DNA from: an uncultured Acidobacteriota bacterium
Lineage (GTDB): Bacteria; Acidobacteriota; Polarisedimenticolia; J045
Length of the DNA: 64,000 nt
Direction of reading: 5' to 3'
NCBI GenBank assembly: GCA_963702425.1
Contig: CAVPCQ010000012.1
Span: forward strand, 96,001-160,000
How positions within the stretch are numbered: the stretch's first letter is position 1; each line of letters opens with the position of its first letter. The position numbers and the translations under genes were made by a program. Positions 55,577 through 64,000 of this stretch are shown piece after piece. Below the pieces are notes generated by a model. It worked only from the letters and a program-made list of their open reading frames with translations, was not told where the DNA came from and did not search any database.

Positions 55577-55936
55577 ATGCGTCCGGCAGCTGTAATCAAA
55601 GTGGTGGGCCTCGTGCTCATCGCAGCGTTCGTGGGGAGCTGGGCTGCCCCCGTGGCCGCGCAAGAGTGCATCGCTCAGTGCATCGAGCAGTACGACCAGG
55701 ACAAGGCGGCATGCGACGAGCAGCTCGCCGCCCAGCTCGCAGTGTTGGACCAAGAGGCCCAGGCCTGTCTCGACAACAACCCGGTCGATCCGATCGCGGC
55801 GGGGCTGTGCCTGCGCAACGTGAACGTCAAGCGCTACAGCGCGCGGTCCGACTGGCGTCGGTGTGTGAGCTTCGCGAACACCGCCGCGTACAACTGCTAT
55901 CGCGAGTGTCAGTCTCCCTCGGAGACACAGCCCTGA
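55577..55936 (+). CDS. Small secreted 8-Cys protein
   Basis: AAAGGAG RBS; signal peptide ending VAA-Q; coding-like codon usage; terminator downstream. Confidence 0.85.
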   Translation: MRPAAVIKVVGLVLIAAFVGSWAAPVAAQECIAQCIEQYDQDKAACDEQLAAQLAVLDQEAQACLDNNPVDPIAAGLCLRNVNVKRYSARSDWRRCVSFANTAAYNCYRECQSPSETQP

Positions 55937-55977
55937 CACAGCGCCCCACTAGCTAGCTAGAGTTCTCGAGAACGAGG

Positions 55978-56010
55978 GGGCCCGGCGAATCGCCGGGCCC
56001 TTTCGATTTT
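55978..56010 (+). terminator. Rho-independent terminator
   Basis: GGGCCCGGCGA-A-TCGCCGGGCCC followed by TTTCGATTTT. Confidence 0.75.
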
Positions 56011-56021
56011 CGGCGCACCCC

Positions 56022-56048
56022 TCAAGCCCGCTCCGCCCCGTCCGATAA
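56022..56048 (+). promoter_or_regulatory. Putative sigma-28 (FliA) promoter
   Basis: TCAAGCCC-N11-TCCGATAA versus consensus TAAAGTTT-N11-GCCGATAA. Confidence 0.55.
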
Positions 56049-56054
56049 ACCCGG

Positions 56055-56203
56055 CGACGCTCGGAACCGCCCGCACCCAGGCCTCGCGCGGGCAGCTCAC
56101 GGGCCAGAACCTGACGGCGGCGCGGGTTGAGACCTGATCCCCCGCATCGCAGACCATGCGCCGCCTCGCGCCCTCGGCATCGTGCCGGGGGCGTGCTTTT
56201 TTT
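56055..56203 (+). ncRNA. Candidate small RNA
   Basis: Lies between a sigma-28-like promoter and a hairpin + T7 terminator; internal stems GCCCGC/GCGGGC and GGCGGCGC/GCGCCGCC; no complete ORF. Confidence 0.4.
56169..56203 (+). terminator. Rho-independent terminator
   Basis: CGCCCTCGGCA-TCG-TGCCGGGGGCG followed by TGCTTTTTTT. Confidence 0.7.
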
Positions 56204-56227
56204 GCCCTTGCGGTACGGCGATCGCAC

Positions 56228-56308
56228 GGGCGCAGAACGGGATGGTCCCCCTGGCGAGTGGGTCGCGGGCTCCAACACTCGCCAGGGGGACCATCCCGTT
56301 CTGCGCCC
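56228..56308. repeat. Perfect 33-bp hairpin A (15-nt loop)
   Basis: Arms 56228-56260 and 56276-56308 are exact reverse complements. Confidence 0.95.
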
Positions 56309-56519
56309 TCCGCGTCATGGGCGCGGCAAGGTCAAAGAAAGCGGAAGAGGGGGTGAGAAGAGTATGCAGCGCACGGGGACGCCAACCGCGGCGGAGGAGA
56401 AGAGCAACAGGGAGCCGCACGGCAACGAAGCAGCGGTCAACGAACAGAACGCGGCCCGTGCGCTGAACGGACTTCTCTTCTCTTCTCCTTGAGCGGGGCC
56501 GTTCGGGGCAGGCGGCGAA

Positions 56520-56598
56520 GGCGTTTGACCGGGAAGGGCCCCCGGCGAGTGTTGGAGCCTGCGACCCACTCGCCGGGGGCCCTTCCCGGTCAAACGCC
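56520..56598. repeat. Perfect 32-bp hairpin B (15-nt loop, inverted relative to A)
   Basis: Arms 56520-56551 and 56567-56598 are exact reverse complements; the loop is the reverse complement of loop A with 1 mismatch. Confidence 0.95.
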
Positions 56599-56615
56599 GC
56601 CCCAGCGCGAACCGC

Positions 56616-57008
56616 TCAGCGCACAGCCACCTTCGCAAACGCCGTCTCGGCGTCCTTGATCTCGTACGGCCGGTTCCCGTCACCCACCAGCACGATCCGC
56701 GGCCGGTGCCCCGCGATCTCGGCGTCCTCCAGCTCGCAGTAGGCCGCGATGATCACCTTGTCGCCGACCTCGACCATGTGCGCCGCAGCGCCGTTGACGC
56801 AGCAGTCCCCCGCCCCGCGCGGCCCCTCGATCAGGTAGGTCGCGAAGCGCGTGCCGCGCGTCACGTCGTAGACCTCGATCCGCTGGTAGGGATGGAGGCG
56901 TGCCGCCTCCATCAGCCCGGCGTCGAGCGTGAGGCTCCCTTCGTACTCGAGATCGGCCCCGGTGACCGTGACCCGGTGCACCTTGCCGAAGAGGAACGGT
57001 CGCTTCAT
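56616..57008 (-). CDS. panD: Aspartate 1-decarboxylase
   Basis: KVHRVTVT..DLEYEGSLT, RFATY and NGAAA motifs. Confidence 0.95.
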   Translation of the reverse strand: MKRPFLFGKVHRVTVTGADLEYEGSLTLDAGLMEAARLHPYQRIEVYDVTRGTRFATYLIEGPRGAGDCCVNGAAAHMVEVGDKVIIAAYCELEDAEIAGHRPRIVLVGDGNRPYEIKDAETAFAKVAVR

Positions 57009-57889
57009 GCCTTCTCTCCTGCCGGCGGCCGCGGGAGGGCCGGGGGCCGGACGATCGCGTTGTCGATCAGCCGCGTGGCCCCGACGAAGACGGCGAGCGG
57101 GATCAGCGTCTCACCGGTGATCTCCTCGCGACGCTCGAGCGTATCGGCATCGATGACGGCCACGTAGTCCACCTTCGCCCGCGGCTCGCTCGCCAGCACC
57201 TCGTGTACCGCGGCCTCGATCGCCCGCGTGCTCCGCACCTCCTCGCGCTCGACCATCTGCCGGGCCCGCGCCAGCGCCCGTGACAGGACGGTCGCCGCCG
57301 CGCGCTCGGCTGGGCCGAGGTAGACGTTGCGCGACGAGAGCGCCAACCCGTCCTCGTGCCGCACGGTCGGGGCGACGACGATCTCGACGTCGAGGTTGAG
57401 GTCCTTCACCATTCGCCGCACGACAAGCGACTGCTGGGCGTCCTTCTGGCCGAAGAAGGCGAAGTGCGGCTTGACGATGTGCAGCAGCTTCAGCACGACC
57501 GTCAGGACCCCGCGGAAGTGACCCGGCCGGGACGCCCCCTCGAGCACCGCCGTGAGCCCCTCGACGTCGACGAAGGTCCTGTTGCCGGACGGGTACATCT
57601 CCTCCGGCTCGGGCGCGAACAGGTGATCCACCCCTTCCTGGATGCAGAGGTCGGCGTCGCGCGCCAGGTCGCGGGGGTAGCGCGAGAAGTCCTCGGCCGG
57701 CCCGAACTGCCTGGGGTTGACGAAGATCGAAACCACGACCACGTCCCCCAGCTCGCGGGCGCGGCGCACCAGCGAGAGGTGCCCGTCGTGCAGAGCCCCC
57801 ATCGTCGGGACGAAGGCGATCTTCTTCCCGGTCCCGCGGGCCTGGCGGGCCATCTCCTGCATCGCCTGGACGCGCCGGACGAGGTCCAC
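57005..57889 (-). CDS. panC: Pantoate-beta-alanine ligase
   Basis: FVPTMGALHDGH, SIFVNP, RPGHF, FGQKDAQQ, SSRN and RLIDN motifs. Confidence 0.96.
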   Translation of the reverse strand: MDLVRRVQAMQEMARQARGTGKKIAFVPTMGALHDGHLSLVRRARELGDVVVVSIFVNPRQFGPAEDFSRYPRDLARDADLCIQEGVDHLFAPEPEEMYPSGNRTFVDVEGLTAVLEGASRPGHFRGVLTVVLKLLHIVKPHFAFFGQKDAQQSLVVRRMVKDLNLDVEIVVAPTVRHEDGLALSSRNVYLGPAERAAATVLSRALARARQMVEREEVRSTRAIEAAVHEVLASEPRAKVDYVAVIDADTLERREEITGETLIPLAVFVGATRLIDNAIVRPPALPRPPAGEKA

Positions 57890-57891
57890 GC

Positions 57892-58800
57892 CTAGAGCTC
57901 CCGGGCGCGCGGGGCGCCTCGGCGTGCCTGGCGCTCGACCGCCGCCGCCGCCTCGCGCGGCAGCCGGTAGGACTCGGCCGCGGCGGGGAAGCTCCGCCCC
58001 CGCACGTCCGCGGCGTAGGCCCGGATCGCCTCGACCGCCGCGCCGTGCAGGTCGGCATAACGCCGCACGAACTTCGGGGCGGGCCCGCTGGTCAGGCCAA
58101 GCAGGTCGTGGAACACCAGCACCTGGCCGTCACAGCCGGCCCCGGCGCCGATCCCGATCGTCGGGACCGGCGCGCGCTCGGTGACCAGCGACGCGACGTC
58201 GGACGGCACCCCCTCGAGCACCAGCGCGAAGATCCCGGCCTCGCACAGCGCCTGCGCATCGTCGAGCAGCCGCTCGATCTCCGGCACCGCACGGGCCTGG
58301 ACGCGGTAGCCCCCCATCGCGTGCAGCGACTGCGGGGTCAGGCCGAGGTGCCCCATCACCGGGATCTCGGCGTCGATCAGCGCGCGCACGACCTCCAGCC
58401 GCTTGCGGCCTCCCTCGAGCTTGACCGCTTCGGCACCCCCTTCGCGAACGAGCCGCCCGGCGTTGAGCACCGCGTCGCGCGTGCCGGTGTGGTAGCTCAG
58501 GTAGGGCAGGTCGGTGACGACCAGCGCGCGCGGGCGCGTCCGCTGCACCGCGGCGGTGGCCCGGACCATGTCGTCGAGATCGACGCGCAGCGTGTCGGGG
58601 AGGCCCAGCACGACCATCCCGAGCGAGTCGCCGACAAGGATCACATCCACCCCGGCCTCGTCGGCCGCGCGGGCCGAGGGGGCGTCGTAGGCGGTCAGCA
58701 TGACCAGCGGCAGCCCCCCCTTGCGGCGGGAGACCTCGGGTACGGTGAGCTTGCCGGGATCGGACGGACGGGGGCCGGAGCCCTCCGGGTACGGCGTCAT
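57892..58800 (-). CDS. panB: 3-methyl-2-oxobutanoate hydroxymethyltransferase
   Basis: MLTAYD, LVGDSLG, KLEGG, GHLGLTPQ and IGIGAG motifs. Confidence 0.96.
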   Translation of the reverse strand: MTPYPEGSGPRPSDPGKLTVPEVSRRKGGLPLVMLTAYDAPSARAADEAGVDVILVGDSLGMVVLGLPDTLRVDLDDMVRATAAVQRTRPRALVVTDLPYLSYHTGTRDAVLNAGRLVREGGAEAVKLEGGRKRLEVVRALIDAEIPVMGHLGLTPQSLHAMGGYRVQARAVPEIERLLDDAQALCEAGIFALVLEGVPSDVASLVTERAPVPTIGIGAGAGCDGQVLVFHDLLGLTSGPAPKFVRRYADLHGAAVEAIRAYAADVRGRSFPAAAESYRLPREAAAAVERQARRGAPRAREL

Positions 58801-58825
58801 CGCTGGTCCTCGCATCTCCCCGCCG

Positions 58826-58920
58826 ATCGCTCGGTCGAGGGACGGGAACCGTCTTGCAGGCTCTGCACCCCAGGCAGGCGCGGGGGGCCGTCCAGGTCCC
58901 AAAGATCCCGGCGGTCCGGG
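58826..58920 (-). promoter_or_regulatory. Structured panB leader, possible pan RNA motif
   Basis: Two stems, CCGGGAUC-UUUG-GGACCUGG and AAGACGG-UUC-CCGUC, in the 5' region of panBCD, where the pan motif is known to occur. Confidence 0.45.
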
Positions 58921-58985
58921 CCTCCCGGTTGTCCATCACAGTAACAGGGTCGCGCGGGGGTGCCAAGCGCCGGGTCCGAACGCGG

Positions 58986-59618
58986 TCAACGGGGCCGGTA
59001 GTACTCCACCCCGGAGGTCCGGTCCATCGCCTCGATCCGCTTGTACAGGTCCTCGAAGTGGGCGTCCTCGTGGGCCGGATCGATGTCGTTGGTGTCGACC
59101 ACCAGGAGCGGCGCCTCGCGGAAGTGGAAGAAGAAGTGGTCGTAGGCCCGGACCACCTCGTCGAGGTAGCCGTGCGAGATCCGCCGCTCGACGTCCCGGC
59201 CGCGGCGCCCGATCCGGTCGAGAATGACCGGAAGCCGGGCCTGGAGGTAGATCACCAGGTCGGGCCGCACGACCTCGGCGGAGAGCAGCTCGTAGAGCCG
59301 CTCGTAGGTCGCCAGCTCGGTGTCGTTCAGATTGAGGTAGGCAAAGATCCGGTCCTTCTCGAACAGGTAGTCCGAGACCGCGCCGCGCGCGAAGAGGTCA
59401 CCCTGGCGCATCTCCCGCCACTGCCGGTGGCGCGCGACCAGGAACCAGATCTGCGCCGAGAACGCCGACCCGCGCCGGTCGCGGTAGAACGGCTCGAGGA
59501 ACGGGTTGTCGGTCGGCTCGAGGACGAGCGAGGCGTCCATCCGCCGTGCGAGACGGCGGGCCAGCGTCGTCTTGCCGACACCGATGGGGCCCTCGAGGGC
59601 AATCGTCCGGGGGGGCAT
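58986..59618 (-). CDS. Deoxynucleoside kinase family protein
   Basis: IALEGPIGVGKTT, NPFLEPFY, SDYLFEKD and RIGRRGR motifs. Confidence 0.92.
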   Translation of the reverse strand: MPPRTIALEGPIGVGKTTLARRLARRMDASLVLEPTDNPFLEPFYRDRRGSAFSAQIWFLVARHRQWREMRQGDLFARGAVSDYLFEKDRIFAYLNLNDTELATYERLYELLSAEVVRPDLVIYLQARLPVILDRIGRRGRDVERRISHGYLDEVVRAYDHFFFHFREAPLLVVDTNDIDPAHEDAHFEDLYKRIEAMDRTSGVEYYRPR

Positions 59619-59629
59619 CGCGGCAGATC

Positions 59630-60157
59630 CTACACCGGCCCCCCGGCGGCGAGGAGGACTCCGGACCGGGGGTGACGAAGCCCCGGCCACCAGCGGAGGA
59701 GCGGCCCGACCACGAAGGGGCGCTCCACGAGGCGGGGGTGCGGGACGACGAGGCCCGGCGCGTCGATCACGAGCTCGCCGAACAGGACGATGTCCACGTC
59801 CAGCGTGCGCGGTCCCCAGCGGGGCTGGTCCGACCGACGGCGGCCGGCGGCCCGCTCCAGCGCCTGCCCCAACGCCAGCAGCGCGACGGGATCGAGGGCG
59901 ACCTCGGCGCGCCGCGCCGCGAGGAGCTGGTTCAGGTAGGGCGCCTGCCCCGGCAAGCTACCCGGGAGCGGCGCGGTCTCTTCGACCGGTGAGGCCAGCG
60001 TCCAGCGGAATCCGCCCGCGAACAGCCCGCGGCGGGCCCCCTCGAGATGGGCGGCGCGCTCCCCGAGATTGCTCCCCAGGGCGACGACGACCCAGCCGCC
60101 GGCGCCGCCGGGCCCCCCGCCCCGCGCATTGACAGTCCCCGCCCCGGGCCGTACCAT
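59630..60157 (-). CDS. folK: 2-amino-4-hydroxy-6-hydroxymethyldihydropteridine diphosphokinase
   Basis: ALGSNLGER, YLNQ, WGPRTLDVDI and PHPRL..RPFV motifs (start uncertain). Confidence 0.92.
   Translation of the reverse strand: MVRPGAGTVNARGGGPGGAGGWVVVALGSNLGERAAHLEGARRGLFAGGFRWTLASPVEETAPLPGSLPGQAPYLNQLLAARRAEVALDPVALLALGQALERAAGRRRSDQPRWGPRTLDVDIVLFGELVIDAPGLVVPHPRLVERPFVVGPLLRWWPGLRHPRSGVLLAAGGPV
60129..60157 (+). promoter_or_regulatory. Sigma-70 promoter for the TPR-glmU-glmS operon
   Basis: TTGACA-N17-TACCAT. Confidence 0.7.
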
Positions 60158-60218
60158 CCGCGCGCTTTCCGCCTCCTTCCGAAACCGCCAAAACTCGCGG
60201 AAACAAAGAGGTTGCCTG

Positions 60219-60902
60219 ATGCCCAGCCGCAAAGCCACCGCCACGAGCCGCTCCCGGACCTCCCAGGGCCACGAGGCCTTCGCCGCCGCCGAGGGGCTCT
60301 ACGCGGAAGCGATGAGGAGCTACCTGCTCAAGCGGGACTGGACGCACGCCGCGACCGGCTTCCGGGCGTTCCTCGACAAGTACGGCACCGAGCGCGACCT
60401 GGCCGAGCTGGCCGACCGCGCCCGCGTCCACCTGATCGCGTGCGAGCGCAAGCTGACCCCCGACGCTCCGGCCCCCGTCACCGCCGAGGAGTGGTTGCGT
60501 CACGGCGTCTCGCTGGCCAACGCCGGCCAGGCGGCCGAGGCGCTGGGCGCGTTCGACAAGGCGGAGGGGTTGGGCTTCGCCGTCGGCCGGGTGCACTACG
60601 CGCGAGCCTCGGCCCTCGCGCTGGACGGGCAACTCGACGAAGCGCTCGCCCAGCTCAAGCTTGCGATCGCCGTCGACGCCGAGCACCGCGCCCACTCGCT
60701 CGGCGACCCGGACTTCGAGCGCCTGCGCGAAACGGCCGGTTACGTCGCGCTGGTCGAGCCGCCCGAGGACGACTACGACGATCTCGACGACGAAGACTTC
60801 GAGGACGACGAGGAGCTCGACGACGCCGACCAGGAGGTCTTCGACGATGGCCCGCAGATCGCCCCCCCGGAAGACACCGACAAGGGCCCCGCGCTCTACT
60901 GA
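60219..60902 (+). CDS. TPR protein with acidic C-terminal tail
   Basis: TPR helices ending in DPDFERLR; Asp/Glu-rich tail; GAGG RBS. Confidence 0.8.
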   Translation: MPSRKATATSRSRTSQGHEAFAAAEGLYAEAMRSYLLKRDWTHAATGFRAFLDKYGTERDLAELADRARVHLIACERKLTPDAPAPVTAEEWLRHGVSLANAGQAAEALGAFDKAEGLGFAVGRVHYARASALALDGQLDEALAQLKLAIAVDAEHRAHSLGDPDFERLRETAGYVALVEPPEDDYDDLDDEDFEDDEELDDADQEVFDDGPQIAPPEDTDKGPALY

Positions 60903-62388
60903 CGCTGCCGCCGTCCGCGCGGGAGGCCTCGCTGCGGTCGTCCTCGCCGCCGGCGAGGGGACCCGGATGAAGTCGGCCCACGCCAAGGTCCTCCACGAGA
61001 TCGCCGGGCGCCCGCTGGTCGAGCACGTCGTACGCGCGGCGCTCGCCGCTGGCGCATCACCGGTCGTGGTGGTGGTTGGCGTCCAGGGGGACGCGGTCCG
61101 CGCGCGGCTCGAGAAGGCGCTCCCGGGCGCCCCGCTCCGGTTCGTCGAGCAGACCGAGCGGCGCGGCACCGCCGACGCGGTGCGGCGCGCGCTCCCCGCG
61201 CTGGCGAGCTTCGAGGGGACGGCGCTGATCCTCTGCGGCGACGTGCCGGCGCTTCCCGCCGAAGCGGTCGCCGCCCTGGCGGCCGGACATCTTCGGGCCA
61301 GGGCCGCGCTGACCGTACTCACCGCCGGGCTGGCCGACCCCTCGGGCTACGGCCGCGTCGTGCGCGGCCGGGACGGCCGGATCCGTGCGATCGTCGAAGA
61401 GCGCGACGCCACGGCGGCGCAGCGGAAGATCCGCGAGATCAACACCGGGACCTACTGCGCCGACTGGCCCGCGCTGGTCGCCGCGATCGCGAAGATCAAG
61501 CCCGACAACGCGCAGCAGGAGTACTACCTGACCGACGCGGTGCGGGTGCTCCTGGCCGGCCGGCGCCGGGTGCAGGCGGTCGTGCACGGCGCGGCGGACG
61601 AGGCGCTGGGGGTCAATAGCCGGCGCCAGCTCGCGCTGCTGCAGGGGGTGATGAACGAGCGCGTGCTGGGCCGGCTGATGGACGACGGCGTGACCGTGAT
61701 CGACCCGGCGACGACCTGGGTCCACGACACGGTGACGATCGGCGCGGACAGCGTGCTGTACCCGGGCGTGATCCTCGAGGGCGCGACGGCGATCGGCCGC
61801 GGTTGCGTCGTCCGCTCCGGCGCGCGGCTGACCGACTGCCGGCTGGGTGACGGCGTGGAGGTCCGCGAGTACACGATCGCGGCGGAGTCGTCGATCGGCG
61901 ACGGCAGCGCGGTCGGGCCGTTCGCGCACCTGCGGCCGGGGACGGTGCTGGGCGCGCACTGCAAGGTCGGGAACTTCGTCGAGACCAAGCAGGCGGTCTT
62001 CGGCGAGGGCTCGAAGGCCTCGCACCTCTCGTACATCGGGGACGCGGAGCTGGGGCGCGGCGTCAACGTCGGCGCCGGCACGATCACCTGCAACTACGAC
62101 GGCGTCAACAAGAACCGGACGGTGCTGGGGGATGGCGTCTTCATCGGTTCGGACACCCAGCTCGTGGCACCGGTGACGGTCGGCGCCGGGGCCTACGTCG
62201 GGGCCGGGACGACGGTCACCAAGGACGTCCCCGGTGACGCGCTGGCGATCACCCGCGTGGACCAGAAGAACATCGAGGGCTGGGCCCAGAAGCGGCGGGA
62301 GAAGATGGCGGCGCTGACGGCGGCGGCGAAGGCGGGCGGGACCGGAGGCGCCCCGCCCGCGCCGCGGAACCCGCTCGGGGGCCTATAG
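60847..62388 (+). CDS. glmU: Bifunctional UDP-GlcNAc pyrophosphorylase/glucosamine-1-phosphate acetyltransferase
   Basis: LAAGEGTRMKS, GYGR, EYYLTD, GPFAHLRP and GAGTITCNYDG motifs; ATG 60847 with GGAGG RBS. Confidence 0.96.
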   Translation: MARRSPPRKTPTRAPRSTDAAAVRAGGLAAVVLAAGEGTRMKSAHAKVLHEIAGRPLVEHVVRAALAAGASPVVVVVGVQGDAVRARLEKALPGAPLRFVEQTERRGTADAVRRALPALASFEGTALILCGDVPALPAEAVAALAAGHLRARAALTVLTAGLADPSGYGRVVRGRDGRIRAIVEERDATAAQRKIREINTGTYCADWPALVAAIAKIKPDNAQQEYYLTDAVRVLLAGRRRVQAVVHGAADEALGVNSRRQLALLQGVMNERVLGRLMDDGVTVIDPATTWVHDTVTIGADSVLYPGVILEGATAIGRGCVVRSGARLTDCRLGDGVEVREYTIAAESSIGDGSAVGPFAHLRPGTVLGAHCKVGNFVETKQAVFGEGSKASHLSYIGDAELGRGVNVGAGTITCNYDGVNKNRTVLGDGVFIGSDTQLVAPVTVGAGAYVGAGTTVTKDVPGDALAITRVDQKNIEGWAQKRREKMAALTAAAKAGGTGGAPPAPRNPLGGL

Positions 62389-62456
62389 GACCGGCCACCG
62401 TGCCGGCCCGCCGCGCGCGATCCGCCTTCCGGGCCGGCACGGAGGCCGGCCCCTGC
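62386..62456. repeat. Inverted REP doublet between glmU and glmS
   Basis: TAGGACCGGCCACCGTGCCGGCCCG ... CGGGCCGGCACGGAGGCCGGCCCCTGC. Confidence 0.8.
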
Positions 62457-62558
62457 CGACGACACGATCCACGTCCGCGGGCACTTCGGGCCCCGGGACG
62501 GCATATTTCTCCCGCGCCTCCGGGGGTCCCTTCCCGGTGGCCCCCCGAGGAGCGCTCC

Positions 62559-64000
<1,442 letters not shown>

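Noticed and set aside
56060-56135. c-di-GMP-I riboswitch
   Set aside because: Only a loose resemblance; the GGCAAAC, GNRA loop and GCAAAGC elements are missing
56340-56492. 6S RNA
   Set aside because: Long hairpin, but no recognisable central bubble consensus or typical synteny; kept only as an unassigned structure
62457-62558. glmS ribozyme upstream of glmS
   Set aside because: The conserved AGCGCC..GACGAGG core in the right order is not present; the gap is mostly REP sequence

Overview
A very GC-rich bacterial chromosomal window. Gene content and protein styles suggest Acidobacteriota, but this is inference. It is probably from a MAG or long-read assembly, because several conserved genes carry single-base frameshifts. 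1-12.5 kb is an accessory zone. It holds secreted proteins (FG-GAP repeat protein, HAF-like Cys-rich protein, M23 peptidase) and a membrane adenylate/guanylate cyclase among IS debris: an intact IS701 with a CTAG duplication, IS5, IS4 and IS91-like remnants, integrase-type remnants and a 168-bp CTAG MITE. 12.5-64 kb is mostly core or conserved genes: DUF4010/MgtC, RND permease, H+-PPase, PA14-OmpA, Fe-ADH, gloB, ECF sigma/anti-sigma with an ABC pair, SNF2 helicase, an M16 peptidase pair, GltP-type symporter, Fur, purF, Maf-like, purH, rlmN, rho, HEAT proteins, YjbQ, a large BNR/TSP3 secreted protein, panBCD, dNK, folK, glmU and glmS. The most unusual part is 54.9-56.6 kb. It contains a small secreted protein with perfectly mirror-symmetric Cys spacing, a sigma-28-like promoter and terminator bracketing an apparently non-coding ~150-nt unit, and two perfect 32-33 bp hairpins with covarying stems and mutually inverted loops flanking a third hairpin. 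Also notable: a shared Cys-ended C-terminal domain on unrelated secreted proteins (candidate sorting signal), nested CTAG-targeting elements, a REP family whose GTAG supplies stop codons, and a bidirectional leaderless promoter. No rRNA, tRNA or CRISPR was seen.
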